This document shows positions 25,759 through 40,500 of a stretch of DNA of 64,000 bases, piece by piece. A program made the translations under genes and the position numbers. Numbering within the stretch: position 1 is the first letter of the stretch; every line of letters starts with the position of its first letter. Source of the DNA: Amoebophrya sp. A120 (Eukaryota > Protista > Dinoflagellata); NCBI GenBank assembly GCA_905178155.1, contig CAJINV010000020.1, forward strand, positions 806,001 to 870,000, given 5' to 3'. The notes below the pieces were generated by a model, which saw only the letters and a list, made by a program, of their open reading frames with translations, had not been told where the DNA came from and did not search any database.

Positions 25759-26691
25759 ATGCGTGTTCATCAGATGCTATGTTTCCGTGTGATGTTCTTG
25801 CTCCTCTCCTTGCCGTTGGCCGCGTTTTCCCTGGAGGAGGCCGTGGTGGATAAAGCGGCCGACATTTTTAGTCCCGTGGGAGCGCCCCAGATCTCCAAGG
25901 GGAAGGTGTATGGCCGCAAAGCCGGCTCGTCTACGGAGGGTATTTATTATTTTTTGACTCGCAGACTTCCTCTTCCACAACTTCGACTCCAAAACTTTTC
26001 GCGCGCCTCAGCTCACTCAATTTGACACAATGAATGTGATTGCTCATGCAACGACGAACGTATTCTGAATCTGATTTGGAAAACGACTCTGAAGTCATTC
26101 GCTCGTCAATTGAAAAGTCAACACGCAACAACACAGGCGCCAGTCCGTCGGACCTCCGACCGACCCAGCGCGTTTACCCCGATGACGCGCAACAAATCCG
26201 CGCTGAAAGAAGTGCCGAAGCACCGAGTGCGCCAACTGCGGCAAGCGCGCGACATTGCGAAAGCGGCGGAGAAACACGCGAACACGATGACCGCGGATCT
26301 CGTCTTCGAGTACGGCGCCAACGCTGTGCAGTTCGGTCTGTTGGACGCCGACGAGAGCGGGCACCTGGAGGGTGCGGAAATGGAGGCTTGCCCGCCGTCG
26401 GCTGATCTCAATCAGGACAAGAGGCTGGACCTCGGCGAGCATGATCAGTACTGCTCCGGTGCTCTTTCGGAGGGAAGCGGTGTTGCGTCCTCTTTTATTC
26501 TGTCCGAGGCCCCGGTGGTGAAACCGTCGAAAAAGACATTTGCGGGGTATGGGGTGCAGAAAGGCCGGGTGGTAGTGGTGTGGCAGTTGGGCGATAGCAC
26601 AAACCCCACATATGTGCATGACCGTAAGATTGCGAACATTCTGTTGTTTTTACATCGTGACTCTACCATTCTTTTTGGCATCGTATTTTAA
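25759..26691 (+). CDS. Putative secreted EF-hand protein; exon borders and 3' end uncertain
   Basis: Signal-like MLCFRVMFLLLSLPLAAFS; EF-loop-like DADESGHLEGAE and DLNQDKRLDLGE; intron of about 25906/25940-26136/26143. Confidence 0.5.
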
Positions 26692-29035
26692 ATCTAGATG
26701 AGTTGAAAGAAAGCAATCCTCAGTCAATATCATTCAGCCGAGAAGAACGAATACAAGCGGTACCTCGGAACGGATTTGTTTGAAACAGAGGAGGAAGCGA
26801 AAAATTTTTCTTTAGCGACCCGCGCCGATGCGTCAATGGTATTTACGTGCACCCGATTTCTGTTATTAGGGCTGTTTTGATATATATCATCTCGACTGAA
26901 GCTATCGGTATTCGTATAGAGCTAAAGGATTCGGACCATCGTACATTTCTCGTAGTGGCGTAGAAATACTAATACAAATAGAGTCCTCGTACTTGTAAAA
27001 ATTAATGCATGCAACTACTACATGATGAGAACGCACACACGATGAAGAAAGGAAGAAGACCGATCATGATAGGTCTTTGATTGCGCGCTGGCAGGCTTTT
27101 TTGTGAACCTAATATACGCACGGCACAATGTTGGAGCTCATAACTAGCAGCACCCACATCCGTTGCCTGAGGATCGTAACCGCATGAAATTTCCTAAAAT
27201 TGCCGCTCACCACACTCTTACATAGGGAACGCCGAAAGCGGGGCAGTGCTGCAGCTTGTTTTCTGGGTGGGAGCTCCCGTCGTTTTTGCGGAGCTCGTGA
27301 ACGCAGAGCGAATGACCTATTTGATCGACTACTACCCAGAAAGGCAAGCACCAGGAGGCGGGTATATTCCTGCGGTGTGCCGCCATGGCTCACCTCTTGC
27401 TTTAAGTGATTCGTTGCTCGCGCTTTGTTCTTTTATGGGAAGATGAAATAGGTAGTAAGATGGATGTGGAGTGAATATGTATAACAGCCCTTCCGGGAGT
27501 GGGAGACGAGCAGCCCTCCAGCCGTGCCACATATTGCCAGACTTTCTGACCATTCGCTGGGCATCGCAACCAAAAACTACCTCCAGTCACTCAAATTTCT
27601 CAGCACGAAGCTTCACTGAAGAACAAGAAGCTGCTGGCCACGCGAAGATTTATTAAATTCCTCGTCTTCAAGTGTGGCGCTGCCGCTGGAACAGGCGAGA
27701 CCCTTCTCTTCTTCCTCTTCCTTCTCCTCTTCTTCAGCGCATCAGCCTAGTACTTCCTCCTCTTCAACATCCAGCTCTGGTCCACCCAAAGCTACTTTCC
27801 GGCCGGGGGACGAGAAACAACGTCACGGTTGCCGTGATCATGGGATGTCTACTTAAGTCTACGTCACAAAGTGAGAAGACGTCGATACCCGGCTCATGGT
27901 CATGCAAGGCGTGAGGCCTCCTTTACTTCTTTATACCCCCGCTACGGAAGCCGAGGAAAACCAGGAAAGCAAGCGGAAGGTGTGAGAGGTGAAGTGGAAT
28001 CGGAGCGATGTGGAAAAGAAGTAGACGTAATAGCAAACATTAAAAACAAGCAATATTTGACCAAGTCAAAAACAAAAGCATAAAAGCACGACAGGAAAGG
28101 AAAACTATTTTACCAAAATGCGACCAGGTCCTCTACTGTTTTTTCAATGGTTTCAAATATATTTTTCATAAACAAAATCAAAAGCATTCTTTGTTTCTGT
28201 TAGTACGTAAGATTCAAACTCAAGAATACAGACAGGCCGCCCTTTTTTTATGTTTTTATGTTTTTAAGTTTTTTAGGTTTAGCTTATTTTCCTCAAGCTT
28301 GATTTTTCTACTACGGTTTTTTCATGAGTAGAGAAGTCCCCCTTCTGTGGCAAGTGAAGGTGACAAACTTAGAACAGAGGCGCAGAGCCTGCTCACATCG
28401 CCTCCCAGGATCCTCCATATGCGAGCGATTGACTGAGACAAAGGCTAGCGCATTGTAGAGTGATTGGCTGTCTGTTACCATGCGCGCAGCGTTCTTTACT
28501 TTTTGTATTGTGGGTTTATTTTTTATTTTTTTTGTGTTGTTGTTCTTCGTTCTAGCTCTCGAGGAACCTCGTCAGTTATTTTTGCTGGTTCCTATTGCCA
28601 CGGCGCCGATCAAAATAGAGAAAGCGCCAAGTGCAAGCTTGTTGCAGTTTGAAACAAGTGTCATCTTGGGCTGCGGAAAAGAGAGGAAGAAAGTTGTAGT
28701 GAGTTTTGAACTTGATAAAATTCTGATAGGTCTCCTCGTGTCTTCATCGCTGCCATCGTTGCGAATGTTTCATCATGAAGAGTGAAGTCGAAGTAGTGTT
28801 GTGACGGTGTCGAGAGGAGACAGGTGGTACACGTGCGAGTTGATTTTAGATGCATTTTGCATTCAAACTCTGAGATGAGAAAAAATATAAGGAAAAAGTG
28901 AGCGTCTATAACTCCTCGGTGTTGTGCTTGTGCTAAAAGTAAAAGCAGTGTCAGTGATGTAAAGATTAATTCTCTATAGATACTTACTTTCCAGTAAGTG
29001 GCGGAGAAGTAGAAGAATAGAAGGAAAACAGTACC

Positions 29036-30304
29036 ATGTCGCATTCCATCCAGGTGGTGGCGCGGCACGACGTGGCCATCACGAGTCCGGTGTTTGGGCC
29101 GAACAACGACCTTTTCACCATTTCGCGAAACGGGGACATCTACCGCTACCTCGGCAACACCGAGACGGACAGCGAGTTCCAGGTCGAGTCTTGGGGCAAC
29201 AGCAGCGGACAGCCCCTCGGGGTCCTCTTCGATCCGCAGGGGGTAGCGTTCGTCTGCGACTGCGCGCACCAGGCCATCTTCCGTATCCTGCGAACGGAGG
29301 AGGAGGGGAGCGCGCCCCGACAGGAGATCGAGCCCTACGTAAAGGAGTACGAGGCCCAGCAACTCCTGGGTCCCAACTCCGTCTGCCTCGGCCAGCAAAG
29401 CGGGCTTTTGTACTTCACGGACTCCGGCCCCCTGGGAGAGACCAGCGTCCAGAACCCAAAAGGTTCGGTGTTCGCGATAAACCCGGCAACGCAGCTCCTC
29501 ATCCCACTCGCCTACAACTGCCTCGCGTACCCGAGCGGAATTGCCTTGACAGCAGACGAGAAGGTGCTCTACGTGGCCGAAACCAGTATGAACCGGGTGC
29601 TGCGCTTCACGCAGTCGCCCCCCGGGGTCTACCACTGCACCGTCTTTCACCAACTTAGTGGCCGCTTCGGACCAACAGGTACCTCCCAGTACAAGTTTTT
29701 TGTACGACTGCATGCAATTTTCAAATTAGAAGAAGCTGTCTTTTCTTTGGTCGTTTGGTTTAAGGATGTGATGTAGTTGTGCTGCAGCCCGAAGCACGAC
29801 TATTGTTATTGATACAAAATGAACTACAAGACGGCTCGACGCTCCATAAAAACTCCTTCAGCCTTGGCCGTGTCATCCACGGGGGATCTTTTCGTGTCGC
29901 ATTTTGACTTCGTCGACAACACGGAGAACGGCAGAATCGTGGTGATTGACCCAGAGGGCGAAGTTATTCGCGAGAAAAAAACACTGCTTTCATCTTGTCA
30001 TTTCGTATGCTGCACATAGTGTTGTATTCATTTTCATGACAAGCAAAGACTATGCAGTAGCTGTTTTCCCGCCCAAGTTTGTCTTGTCTTTTTGTCGTGT
30101 CCTTGTTTTCAAGATGAAACGCTAGCTCGACCACCGATACAACTACAGTGAAGCAGTGTATTTCAACCTCCTGCCATACTCGTAACCGCCATCATGAGCG
30201 TCCCGGGGCCAGAAATCACCGGCCTCTGCCTCACACCAGACGAACGCTTTCTGCTGATCACCGAGGGCAGTGGCAACTCCCTCTATCGCCATCCGTTGCG
30301 GTAG
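29036..30304 (+). CDS. SMP-30/gluconolactonase/strictosidine-synthase-like beta-propeller (~288 aa)
   Basis: GPNSV, LYFTDSG, YPSGIALTADEKVLYVAET, PGPEITGL motifs; exons 29036-29678, 29862-29964, 30184-30304. Confidence 0.85.
29679..29861 (+). other. Canonical GT-AG intron
   Basis: ACAG|GTACCT...AAAAACTCCTTCAG|CC restores T-A-LAV. Confidence 0.85.
29965..30178. mobile_element. Degenerate introner
   Basis: TAT...ACACTGCTT / AAGCAGTGT...CATA; 5-nt flanks GAAGT/CTCGT; restores GEV-TAIMSVPG. Confidence 0.6.
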
Positions 30305-32034
30305 GAGTAGACGAGAGCTGCGGTGAATGGACAAGAACATCCAAAGCGGCGGGCACCTAGGGATACGAAGTCATGGCTCAACCCGACGAGGAGTTCCAGG
30401 TAGTTTGTTATCGTCATTTGTTACTTGCTCATGGTCATGGTCTAGTATTTGCCCTTCGTGATCCAGCAATGGACGTGATTTTTGCTGTTCGAAATGAATG
30501 AATCTGCAGCGAGGTCGTGTCCATTTGATTTGAAAAAACATCTTTGTAGGCCCGAGCACAGAACCAGCAGCAAGACGCTCTGGCCAAGAACCCCTACCCG
30601 CACACCTAATAAAGCGAAAGTATCACCTGTACATGTACGGACAGCGAGACTAAGAACCAATTGCTCGGTGCAGCAAGTACAAATCGAGGAGCCTGCATCG
30701 CCGTTGAGGATGTTCAGTCGAGCTCATTTATTTGCCCAGATAGTTTTGATACGCGAGTTGTCTTCAGCGGAACTGGCCAGCTCCAGTAAATCACACACAC
30801 AATCACAAATATTTTACTCTAACCTTAACGCTTTCGCTTCGATATAACTAACCGAGTCTCGTCCGTCACCACATCCTGACTTATTTATGCAGGAAGTGCA
30901 AACTCGAACAGAAAACTCTGCAGACAGAGTGCGATTTAGATTTTGAACAAGAATTCGTCATTGCCATTGGAGCAAGACACGAAATGAAATGGGCTAATGC
31001 AACAGATTTGTATGAAACTTCGGCTTCGCTCAGTGCGAGAAGTATTGCAGCAATTACGCTTGTATGTCAAGCTAAGCACAAGACCAGGGTCGTTGTGGTA
31101 GAGCAGCCTGTTCTAGTTTCTTGAGCCGTCACTTTAGTTTGTTCGTCTTGGTACTTAACTAACAGTAACAGCAAGGCCATGCTGTCGCGCAAGAACGTCA
31201 TATCTTTTATGGAGCCACCGAGTTTGTTTCGTCCTGACGTGTGCAGAAATTTCGGTGAGAGAAAAAACAACAACAAGTCGGTTCTGAAAATGAAAAGTGG
31301 AAGCTCGTCGGTTTGAAATTTTTTTTATTTTACGAGACGAAATGAGCTTTGTGTTTGTTCGGTCACCGTCCACACCTGTCGCCGAAACAACCGCAAGGAA
31401 CGCATAAAATTGGTCTGTTTCCGACCGGTGTCCACTGGCAGCAATCTTCATGACCTAGACCTGTGCAAAGAAAGTGAAACTGGAATGATGCGGCTCCGAA
31501 AAAAATGATTCCTGAGTTCCAACTACGAACTGCAGCATTCAAAATCTTCACTAAACATCAACTAGAACAAATGCAATTGCCATACCAACCACAAAATCAC
31601 ATGATATCCAATTCCAATGAACCGCTCTCATGGTCAAGACAGAAAATCGAAAATGAACATGATCCGTGTTTTTAAATCTTCTACCAGGACCACTACCTCT
31701 CCCTTTTCTGTTTCGCTAGTTATTCGGGCGACCATGAATTATGCCCCCTACAGCCTCCTCATCATCTGCATTGCTGCTTAATCTTCAACATTCCTATTTT
31801 TTCCATTTTCCCAGTCAGAAGTGTCTAGCGATTTATTGAATCTCGCCCAGATTCGTTCGTTGAATTGTTGTTGTATAGTGAAGTAACAACTAAGAATTTC
31901 CGAAGAATTTTCTACTCTTGTTCTCCAAGGAGTAGACCATATCGCACTTCTTTGCTGGTCGTCAGATATTGTCCTTCGAAGAACTTCTTTCCGCTTTCTC
32001 GTCCCCGAAACAAGCAGCGAGCACCAATCTTGAA

Positions 32035-35000
32035 ATGTCGCCTGCATCGACGTCAACATCCAATGTGGCGCACGAAGAACGTCGTTGGCCGGAGGAAGGT
32101 CCTGAGCGCCCGTCGGGAGTGGATGTGGAAGATGAAGAACTAGAACCCGTGAAAGAAGTAGAAGTAGCTCGAGATGATGAACTACAAGACCATGAAAATG
32201 ACAATTCCAACGGGTCGTGCGGGTCCTGTTCCGCATCCTCCTCTGAAGAGGAGATTGACCTATCGGAACGCCTCTCCATTGTCCTCGTCACGAGCCCGAT
32301 CGGCATGCACCCGCAAACCACGCTGGTTGATGGGGTGATCACCTCCTTCGATTTGATCCCGGGACTGCAGAAATGCCCGCTAGTCATTGTCGCGGACGGG
32401 GTCTGTTTGATCCCTTCCGATTCGAAGCGGTTTCTCGAGCGGCCGAATAAACGACTGCAAGAACGCCGGGAGCAGGAGGAACGACTGATGGTGAAAAATT
32501 TGCGCAGAAAAAGTTCCAATGTGGAGATGGAGATTGAAAATAGCGGAGTTCTTGAAGGAGACCACCACGGCGGGAACAGAACGTCGAAAGTCGGCTCTGG
32601 TAGAAATCGTAGCAGAAGAGCCAGCTCTTGTAGTGAGAGTGGAATTGCAGCTGGTGTACTTGCAGTGTCGTCCACCTCGTCCGCGTCCCCCGGGGGTTGC
32701 AGAAGTACAACACCCGGAGATCTAGTTCATGATGATGCTGAGTCAGCACCATCTACAACTGCACAAGAACATTCATCTACAATGCGCCCAGCAAAGACAA
32801 AATCCTGCACCAGCACGTCCTCCTCATCCTCACAGCCCGTGCACGAACGACCGCGGAGGACAATAGGAGCACTAAGTAACCGGCAAGAAGATGATGAGGA
32901 GACCACCGATGCCCAGCGGCGCGCTGCACGGGCGCAGCACACCAGCGTTGTTCGTGTTCCTCAGAGGACCTCCTGCACCCGGTCTGACACGGCGAGCACG
33001 AGCTCGGGGGGCCGCGGGTCGGGCAACAACGAAGACGATGCAGACGAGGACTTAGAGGAGGACGAAGAACCAGAACTACACAGCTGCAACTCGAGCGGTG
33101 GAACTACTACACTTGGTCGTGTGCTGCAGCAGGAGCAGCCGCCCTGGAGGAACTACACAGCGAGTAGCCCAGCTGTGGCAGCGCAGGCCGACGCGCCGCA
33201 AACCAGGTACTCAGGAACTGCAGATCATGTAGATGAAGAACATAATACCACGAAACAAGAAGTAGCAGCGGTCGAAGACAAACTCAAACCGTCGGCCTTC
33301 GAACAAAGAGATCAAGATGAAGCTCAAGACTCAGGTAGAGAGGACCAGCCTGACGAAGAAGACTTGAGATCCGCCGGTGAACAAGATGAAAACGAAGACG
33401 AGGAAGACCAAGATGACCAAGACGAGGACCAGCAGGCGCGGCTGCGGCTGAAGACCAACCAGCGACAGCGGGTGGTCTGGAAGCGCGGGCTATCAAATGT
33501 AAAAATGTCTGGTTCTGGAAGAATGCAAGTTTGTCATGCTTGTTTGGCATGACTCGGAAATCTGTGTTGCATAGACACGAAAAAGCCCTCTTACCTGTCA
33601 TGCAAAAACGCAGTTTGCCATGCGGAATACGTAAGACATGACAGCCAAAAAATTTGTCATGCGCAGCTGCGTACTGCAGTGCGTCTATCATTCATTTTTA
33701 GCATTACAAGTTTCCAGACCCAGACATTTTTGCATTTGATACGGGCGGGTGACCAAGGAGGACCTGGACCGGTACACCGAGTACGTGGAGTATCAACTGG
33801 AAAAATGTCTGGGTCTGGAAGAATCCAACTTGTCATGCTGATTTTGGATTCTAAAAAAATCTGTATTGCGTGAGCAGCAAAGAGAGTCCAAGTTTTGCTA
33901 CACGGAAAGAGCATTTGCCATGCGGTATAGGCATCAGGAAGCCCTCACAAAATCTGTGACGCTAGGGCATGCATCACAGACGTCAGGAGTCATGCAACGT
34001 GTGCATGACAAACCTGGCAATCTTCCAGACCCAGACACTTTTACATTTGATATGGAGCGGTTGCGCACCAAGTACAGCACCAACCCCGACCGAAAGCGGG
34101 AAACCACCGTGCTGGGCCCCTTGCCAAAACACCTCTCCTTCGCGCACGCGCTCCGGAGAGGGCTGGAGGAGGTACTTGATAGATACTTCACTTCGTCATC
34201 ATGTCATGAGCATGATTTTTCGTTATATCGTTCATGCTCGTTTGTATTCCTGAGTGGTCTGCGGCGCTAATACAATTTCAATTACTATGTGGTCCGGACA
34301 GGAGGAAGATAGAGATACATACGCTCACACATCATAAAAATCCATCGCTTTTTAAACGACACAGGTGAAAACGGAGTATGTGATGGTGGTGCAGCACGAC
34401 CGTGCCTTTGTGGAGCAGGTGGACTTACCTCGCGCGCTTGAGTTGATGGAACAGGAATCTAAAATCCGCTACATCGGCTTCCAATCGCGGACCAACGCCA
34501 ACTACCCGAACCGCATGCTCGGTCGCTACGGCGAGTGGGCCCGGATGCCGTACTTCTGCGACCAGCTGCACAAACCCAAGCGGGGCCAGGTGGTCTTGGA
34601 GGAGTTGGAGAAGAGTAGCAAGGTGATTTCCAAATCTGTACAGTTGCAGCCGCTGCTGTCGAAGGAGACTACAGGAGATGAAACTGGCTCTTGTACAACG
34701 TCACCGGACGGCGCAGAAGATCTACGACCTCCGACGACAGGCGATATTCTTGGCGCCGGCATTACGTCTTCAAAAGCGGCGGCTTGCGGTGATGAAAGTG
34801 CACAGGTGCAGCACAACGCGAGCCCCCGCGGCGAAACCAACAGTGGCGCCGGGAGGTCCAGCACAAGCACGCCGACTGGCAGAGAGACCACCACGACCAG
34901 AGCAAGACACTTGAGCTACTCGCCCGTATACAACCAACCCTCACGACCAAATTCTGCGTCGTCATCTTGTTCCGCGGTGAAGATGGAAGTGCACGACTCC

Positions 35001-36146
35001 CCAACAGCAGCTCCAAGATCATCTTCAGCGTCGCCTGAGCCTGTTGAAAATGTGAAGCGAAATCTTTCCGTGCCCATCCATACCAACTCGGTGAACTTGC
35101 GAAAAAACAACAGGAGCCCCGACCCGAGCCCGACAAACCGGAAGAAAAAAAGCAGGGCGCAACAATTTCGAATACCAAAGACGAGTTCATTATCGAGGGG
35201 CACTGGAGCAACGGAAGCAGTGGATGCCACCCCGCCCCGTTGCGAAGACGACGAGGCAGCTGGGGAAGTAGATCAAACACCCGCTGCTCTTGCCGATCCA
35301 ACTCGCATCACGACCAGGGAAACATCTAGTAGGCGGGAGCAGCACCAACGTGGAAACGAGGAAACTGTTCATAGTGCCGGCTCTTTGTCATTTGTTTCTT
35401 CTGATAGAGGTCCTCCTGGACGCGACGAAAGCGACACTTCGGCACCTAAGCAGGAGGAGCATCAAGTTGTAGAACAGGATTCGAGATTAATAGTACAACC
35501 CGAAGAGCAGGAAACATCCACAACGGTAACAAAGACGAGAACTTCAGACAGTAAGAACAGCATCAAGACGAGCACTTGCGGCTCCAAAACCAACACGTCG
35601 AACAAGAACGCTACTAGCACAGCAGCATCATCAAGTACTAGGTCCTCGAAGGAGCACCTTGCGGAGGAGCTGATTCCGCTCTTTTTTTGGTACGACTCGA
35701 CGCACATTTGCCACACGCAGCCCTATAAGGAGCTGATTCGGAAAGAATGCAAACTCGGCCAGTTCATCGAGTCGACCTACGGGTTTCGCATGGAACAGGA
35801 GGTAAAGGAGGACGGGATGGCGGGAAGATGGAACTTTGACCACCACTTGAACAAGTACGGGTGCTTTCTCTTCCACGACCCGGCCGTCGGCGTGCTGAAG
35901 CCGATCGTGGCGCACCTGCACGGGCGCATGTTCTGGTCCAAGGACGAGCGCGTGGCACGAGGCTGGCCCGCGGTGCCCTTGTTCAGTAAATACGAGAGGC
36001 TAGCGCGGCTGGAGGGGGGCATCGTGCCCGAGGAAACGGTGTGTGAGGACGGATTAGACGACGTGGAGCGGGATCGCCGGCGCGCCGACCCGGAGAAAGC
36101 GGTGGAGGAAGACGAGGGGTATCTGTGGCAGGAACTCTTCGACTAG
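32035..36146 (+). CDS. GT-A-fold (glycosyltransferase family 2-like) protein with long low-complexity inserts (~1130 aa)
   Basis: LSIVLVTSP..HP, LVIVADG, HLSFAHALRRGLEEVKTEYVMVVQHD; exons 32035-33490, 33747-33790, 34058-34171, 34365-36146; an upstream exon is possible. Confidence 0.65.
33491..33741. mobile_element. Introner, family A
   Basis: TATCAAATG...CATTTGATA; DR CGGGC; restores KRG-R-VTK. Confidence 0.92.
33791..34052. mobile_element. Introner, family A
   Basis: DR TGGAG; restores YVE-RLRTK; close same-length copy at 44510-44771. Confidence 0.92.
34172..34364 (+). other. Canonical GT-AG intron
   Basis: GAG|GTACTT...AAACGACACAG|GTG. Confidence 0.85.
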
Positions 36147-37540
36147 GACCACGGCGCGTGATGTATGTAGAATTCATCCGAATTATAATTTTCAATCGAT
36201 GGTACTGCTGGTGCAATCGCAGCTGCAGTTGTGCCTCGTTGCTGTTACTCGCAGTCTGTCACAGTGAGTTCGTGTGGTTGTATAAAGAAGTAGCCAAAAT
36301 CTACTCACTCTCTGTATCAGTATCAACCCAAAAGTTGTATATTTTTTGTTTTTCCTGCAGAAGTAGAAAGAACGTGCGAAATAAAGTGGACGAAGCATCG
36401 CTGTATTCCACATCGTTGGAGATTGTTGTTGCAAGATGAACCGCGACTATGTTTGTACAAAGAACGTGCTAGTACTTCAGACGACTTGTTGCAGCTTGTT
36501 CCTGTTGTAGTTTTACGAAAAAAACTGTGTCGCATACGGACAATCATGAATACCCTTGCGCCTCTCGGCCTCGCCTCGTCGCGCGCAAGCGGTGTAGTCA
36601 CACCCACCTCGTATCTGTTGTTCTGTTCCATGTTAACTGGTGTCAAACTAGTACAACTAGAAGCTCTATATCATGGCTTTGTTTCGTCGTTTACCAAAGG
36701 ATAATCTCTACTTTCTGCAAACCAAGTCGTGAACCTCGTGGTCGTAATCGTGTATAATTGTGCTCGTATTTGTAGAGGGACAACGACAACCACAACGGTT
36801 CGCTTGTCGCCGGTCGTAACAATCGCGTATCGATGAGCCGTGTCTTGTTGCAACTGAGTGAACAAGTCGGACCTTTTTCGTACCATCGCTATCACTCATC
36901 GTTGCAGACAAATCTACTTGTTTTCCTCCTGTTCATAATCTGTTTTTCGTGTTTTTCATCATCATCATCGCTCGAGGCAGGCCGTGTCGACGTCGTCCTC
37001 CCAGATCGAGGGAGAGCCGAAATCTCGTCGCCCCTCGTCTGGAAATACAAAATCGACTCTGATATGCGTTTTCGGCAATCGACGGAATCGAAATTTAAGG
37101 CTAGCAATCGAAGTGCGGCGACCACGCCGCCGCCAAACTTTTTGCCGGACGTCGAGAAATGTACTTAAGTAAGTTAGTATATGTTGTCCTCAGACCGGTT
37201 TATGTATTTATCTTCGCTTCTGATTATCAGAAACAGAATCTCCACTTATCGAAATGGATATATCATCGCTAATGAAATGAATTTAAATTATGTCCTAGCG
37301 CTCGCCGGGGTGTCTTTTTTTCATACTTAGTTTCTTGTTTGTGGAACGACGGGTATTATACACACTATTAAGTAGAAAGTCATCAAAGTTGTATATTATT
37401 CGTGCCCAGAATTGTGCATGATGAACTTCATCGCAAGAAGCAGGCCTCCATGAGCAAAACCTATACGAGTCGTTCATCTGGTACGTTGATGACACCAGTT
37501 CTTGCACGATTGTAAGTAGAGCCCAAGTAGCAGTCTTTCT

Positions 37541-40500
37541 ATGTTGGGGGCGCCGAAGATGCCGTCGCAACTGCAGCTGAGGTTTGTCTACTTCTTATTC
37601 GTCAGTGCTATAATTTTGCACGAGGAAAGTAGACGGTGGAGCTACGATCTGCTGTCGTTGCAGCAGGATTCGGGAAATTATAACGCCTCGACGGTGTCCG
37701 TGTCGTCCCACCTCGTGCTGGGTCTGATGCAGCAAGATCATGCTGCCGTCCGCTTGCACAGAAAGAACAGACTGGAGGATGTAGACGAAGAGGAAAACGA
37801 AAACGTAAACGAGTTGTATCAAGAAAATCAGGGGATCATTCGGCAGACGAGTTCTTACAACGAGTACGATTCCGGTGGAGATCGTGACGAAGTCGACGAA
37901 GAAGTCGACGAAGAACTGGCGGCAGAGCGGGCTTTGTTCGTCCAAACGAAGGAGAATGAAAGTCCAGACGACGACGATGAGGCACCAGAGCAGATACAGC
38001 TTGTTCCGGATGAAGTAGATCCGCCGGAAAGTTTTGGCGAGAAGGAGCGTCGTGAGGAAGATGATCTTCTGGCAGGAGAACATGAACAAGACGACTTCGA
38101 CCCCGAGGACGACGCGCAAGACGAAAACGCGGCGGAAAAAGGAGAAGATGAAGACCATATCCTCTGCAAAAGTATCGTACTCGTAGTAATTGCAGCTGTG
38201 CATGACCCGAACACGCATGACAAACTGCATTTTTCTTCTTGAAAAAATTTGTAAAATGCAATTTCTACTAGAACTAGTGCGCTAGTTTTGCAACGCATAG
38301 ACCAATTTGAAGATCAGTTCGATCCGTTGCTTGACAGAATTCCGTCGTATGAGCTGGACGAAAACGGAGAGGAGGATCCGTCCTTTCTGGATCGCGAGGA
38401 GAACCTGATAAGAGATCATGTTGAAGAACCAACAACAACATCTCCGATAGCCGCGATAGGATCCTCGTACTATAACAGAAGTGCTACCAGCATGCTTCAT
38501 CCGGCGCGGCCCATCAGCTATGATATCACCGGAGCCGGTGCGATCCGTTCCTCCGGAAGAAATTCGGCCGACGATTATGATCCAGATGATGACTCCCTGC
38601 GCGACTATGTGTCGCCGTACAATCCGGAGATATATGGAGCTCTCGAGCGTGGCACTGTGGTCAGCTATTGCGTGATACATGCTAGACTTGTCATGCAAAA
38701 TCACCATTCAAGCCATGCTATGCTACTGCTACTTCACATGATGACTAATTTCCAAAGTAGGGCTAAACAGCGTGGAAATAATCTGTGCGGAATTTGTAAT
38801 GCGAGAGGTGCAACAAGCTGAAGGTGTAGGTGAATCAGAAGCTCCCTCCTATCACGTAAGAACAGCTGAGTATGTTTATGTATCGCTTGAGAACCCCATA
38901 AGATAGACGCCCCGTTTGTCGACGAGGACGGCAATAATGCTACCCCGGTGCGTATCAACTGCAAAAATTAAAATGTCTGGGTCTGGAAACTTGTGATGCT
39001 GGATGGCGATGATTGAGCATACTCCTGAGTGCAACCAAGCATGACAAATTTTTCGGATACTTTCTCATGCGTAGTGCGTATGAGAGACTGCGCTTTTGCA
39101 TGACAAAAGAAGGCTCCTTTTCCTGGTCATGCAATACAGATTTTACAGGAATCCAAGACACGCAATACAGGCTCTACTCTTCGCTCTTCCAGAGGACCCA
39201 GACATATTTGCAGTGGATAGTGCAAGAGGAACTTCTTGCGTCCGGCGATGAGCAAGGAGAACAAAAAATACGCGAACGCGGCTTCCACACCGTGATCGGA
39301 CCGGACCGGTCCTTCAAGCGCATTTCCTCGACCCACCTGCGCAATTCCGAATTGCTGCAGGCCATCCACGGGAAGACCCTACAGGGGGACAGCTTGCTAG
39401 AGGCCATCAACAGCTTGGTGCCGGATGTTGAGGATGATTCTCGTGTGGAGCAGGTGGAGTACGACGAAGGCGGCGAGGATGATGACAACAACGACGAGAA
39501 ACGCAATTCTGAGCACCCTTCTCGACGAGTTGAAGATGTGTTCACCAGCGGAACTAATAGCACCGGATCATTCGTGGAGACCGCAGCCACCGCCCAGGGG
39601 GGCAACGGGAATAGAATGCACCTGACGGAAGAAGATCTTCACGCTGCGCTCGATAGCAACGTGGAGGACGAGGACGGGTACGCGAAGTGGAGTCGGGCCG
39701 TCCGAAAGCTGCTTTTCGAGCAGGAGAACGGCGAGGAAAAACAAAAACAACATGCTCGCGTCAGACGAGATATAATGCAGCGCGGCGATCATCAAGAGCA
39801 TGCTCATGGCGGTACTACTGGCCAGGAGCTGGAGCACGAGGACGAGCTCGAGCGTTCACACAATCATGATTTTCTGGATCATGATGTTTCAGCTTCTGCT
39901 GGTCGATCATCTATTGGTGCAACAACTTCTTTCCTTGCCGGCACTTCTACTTCTCCTTGGCCACCACCTCACCAAAAGACTGCCGCAATGAAGATCTTCC
40001 GAGCAGCTGGGGAGGACGCTGACAGCGAAAAGCAAGAAGACCTGATGAACAAGGAGGCGGGGAAGGTGGAACACGACGATGAAGACTACGGATACTTTGA
40101 CGTAAACTACGACCCAGGAAATGAAGAAATGCAACTACGAAGTACTACTTTCACCAATGATTCTGCAGCCACGTTCCTTACCGGCACTTCGAATGACCAT
40201 CGTGACCAGCATTCCTCTGACTTTTTGCAGCAACGCGGCTCTCTGATCCTCACAAAATCGTGGTCCGTGGGCGGGAGTTCGAATCGAGAAAACTGCCGCA
40301 CCGTGAATGGCGTCCCGCCTTTGCGAATGAACTACGTGCCCCGACTATCCAAGAAAAAAACGTTGTTAGTGTAAATTTGTGATGCGCAACATGCAAGACG
40401 ATTGCGTCTGTCATGCTTGGCATGCGTCGCAGGGTCCACTAAAGGGCGTTTTCACGTACTATCTGCGCATGACAGGTTTTGCTGTCATGCCAGACAGATT

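Noticed and set aside
27660-28083. Short Ser-rich ORFs in the spacer
   Set aside because: No recognisable domain or convincing exon chain.
28661-29713. 350-aa minus-strand ORF (likewise 6614-7492)
   Set aside because: Overlaps a recognisable plus-strand gene; GC-rich antisense open frame.
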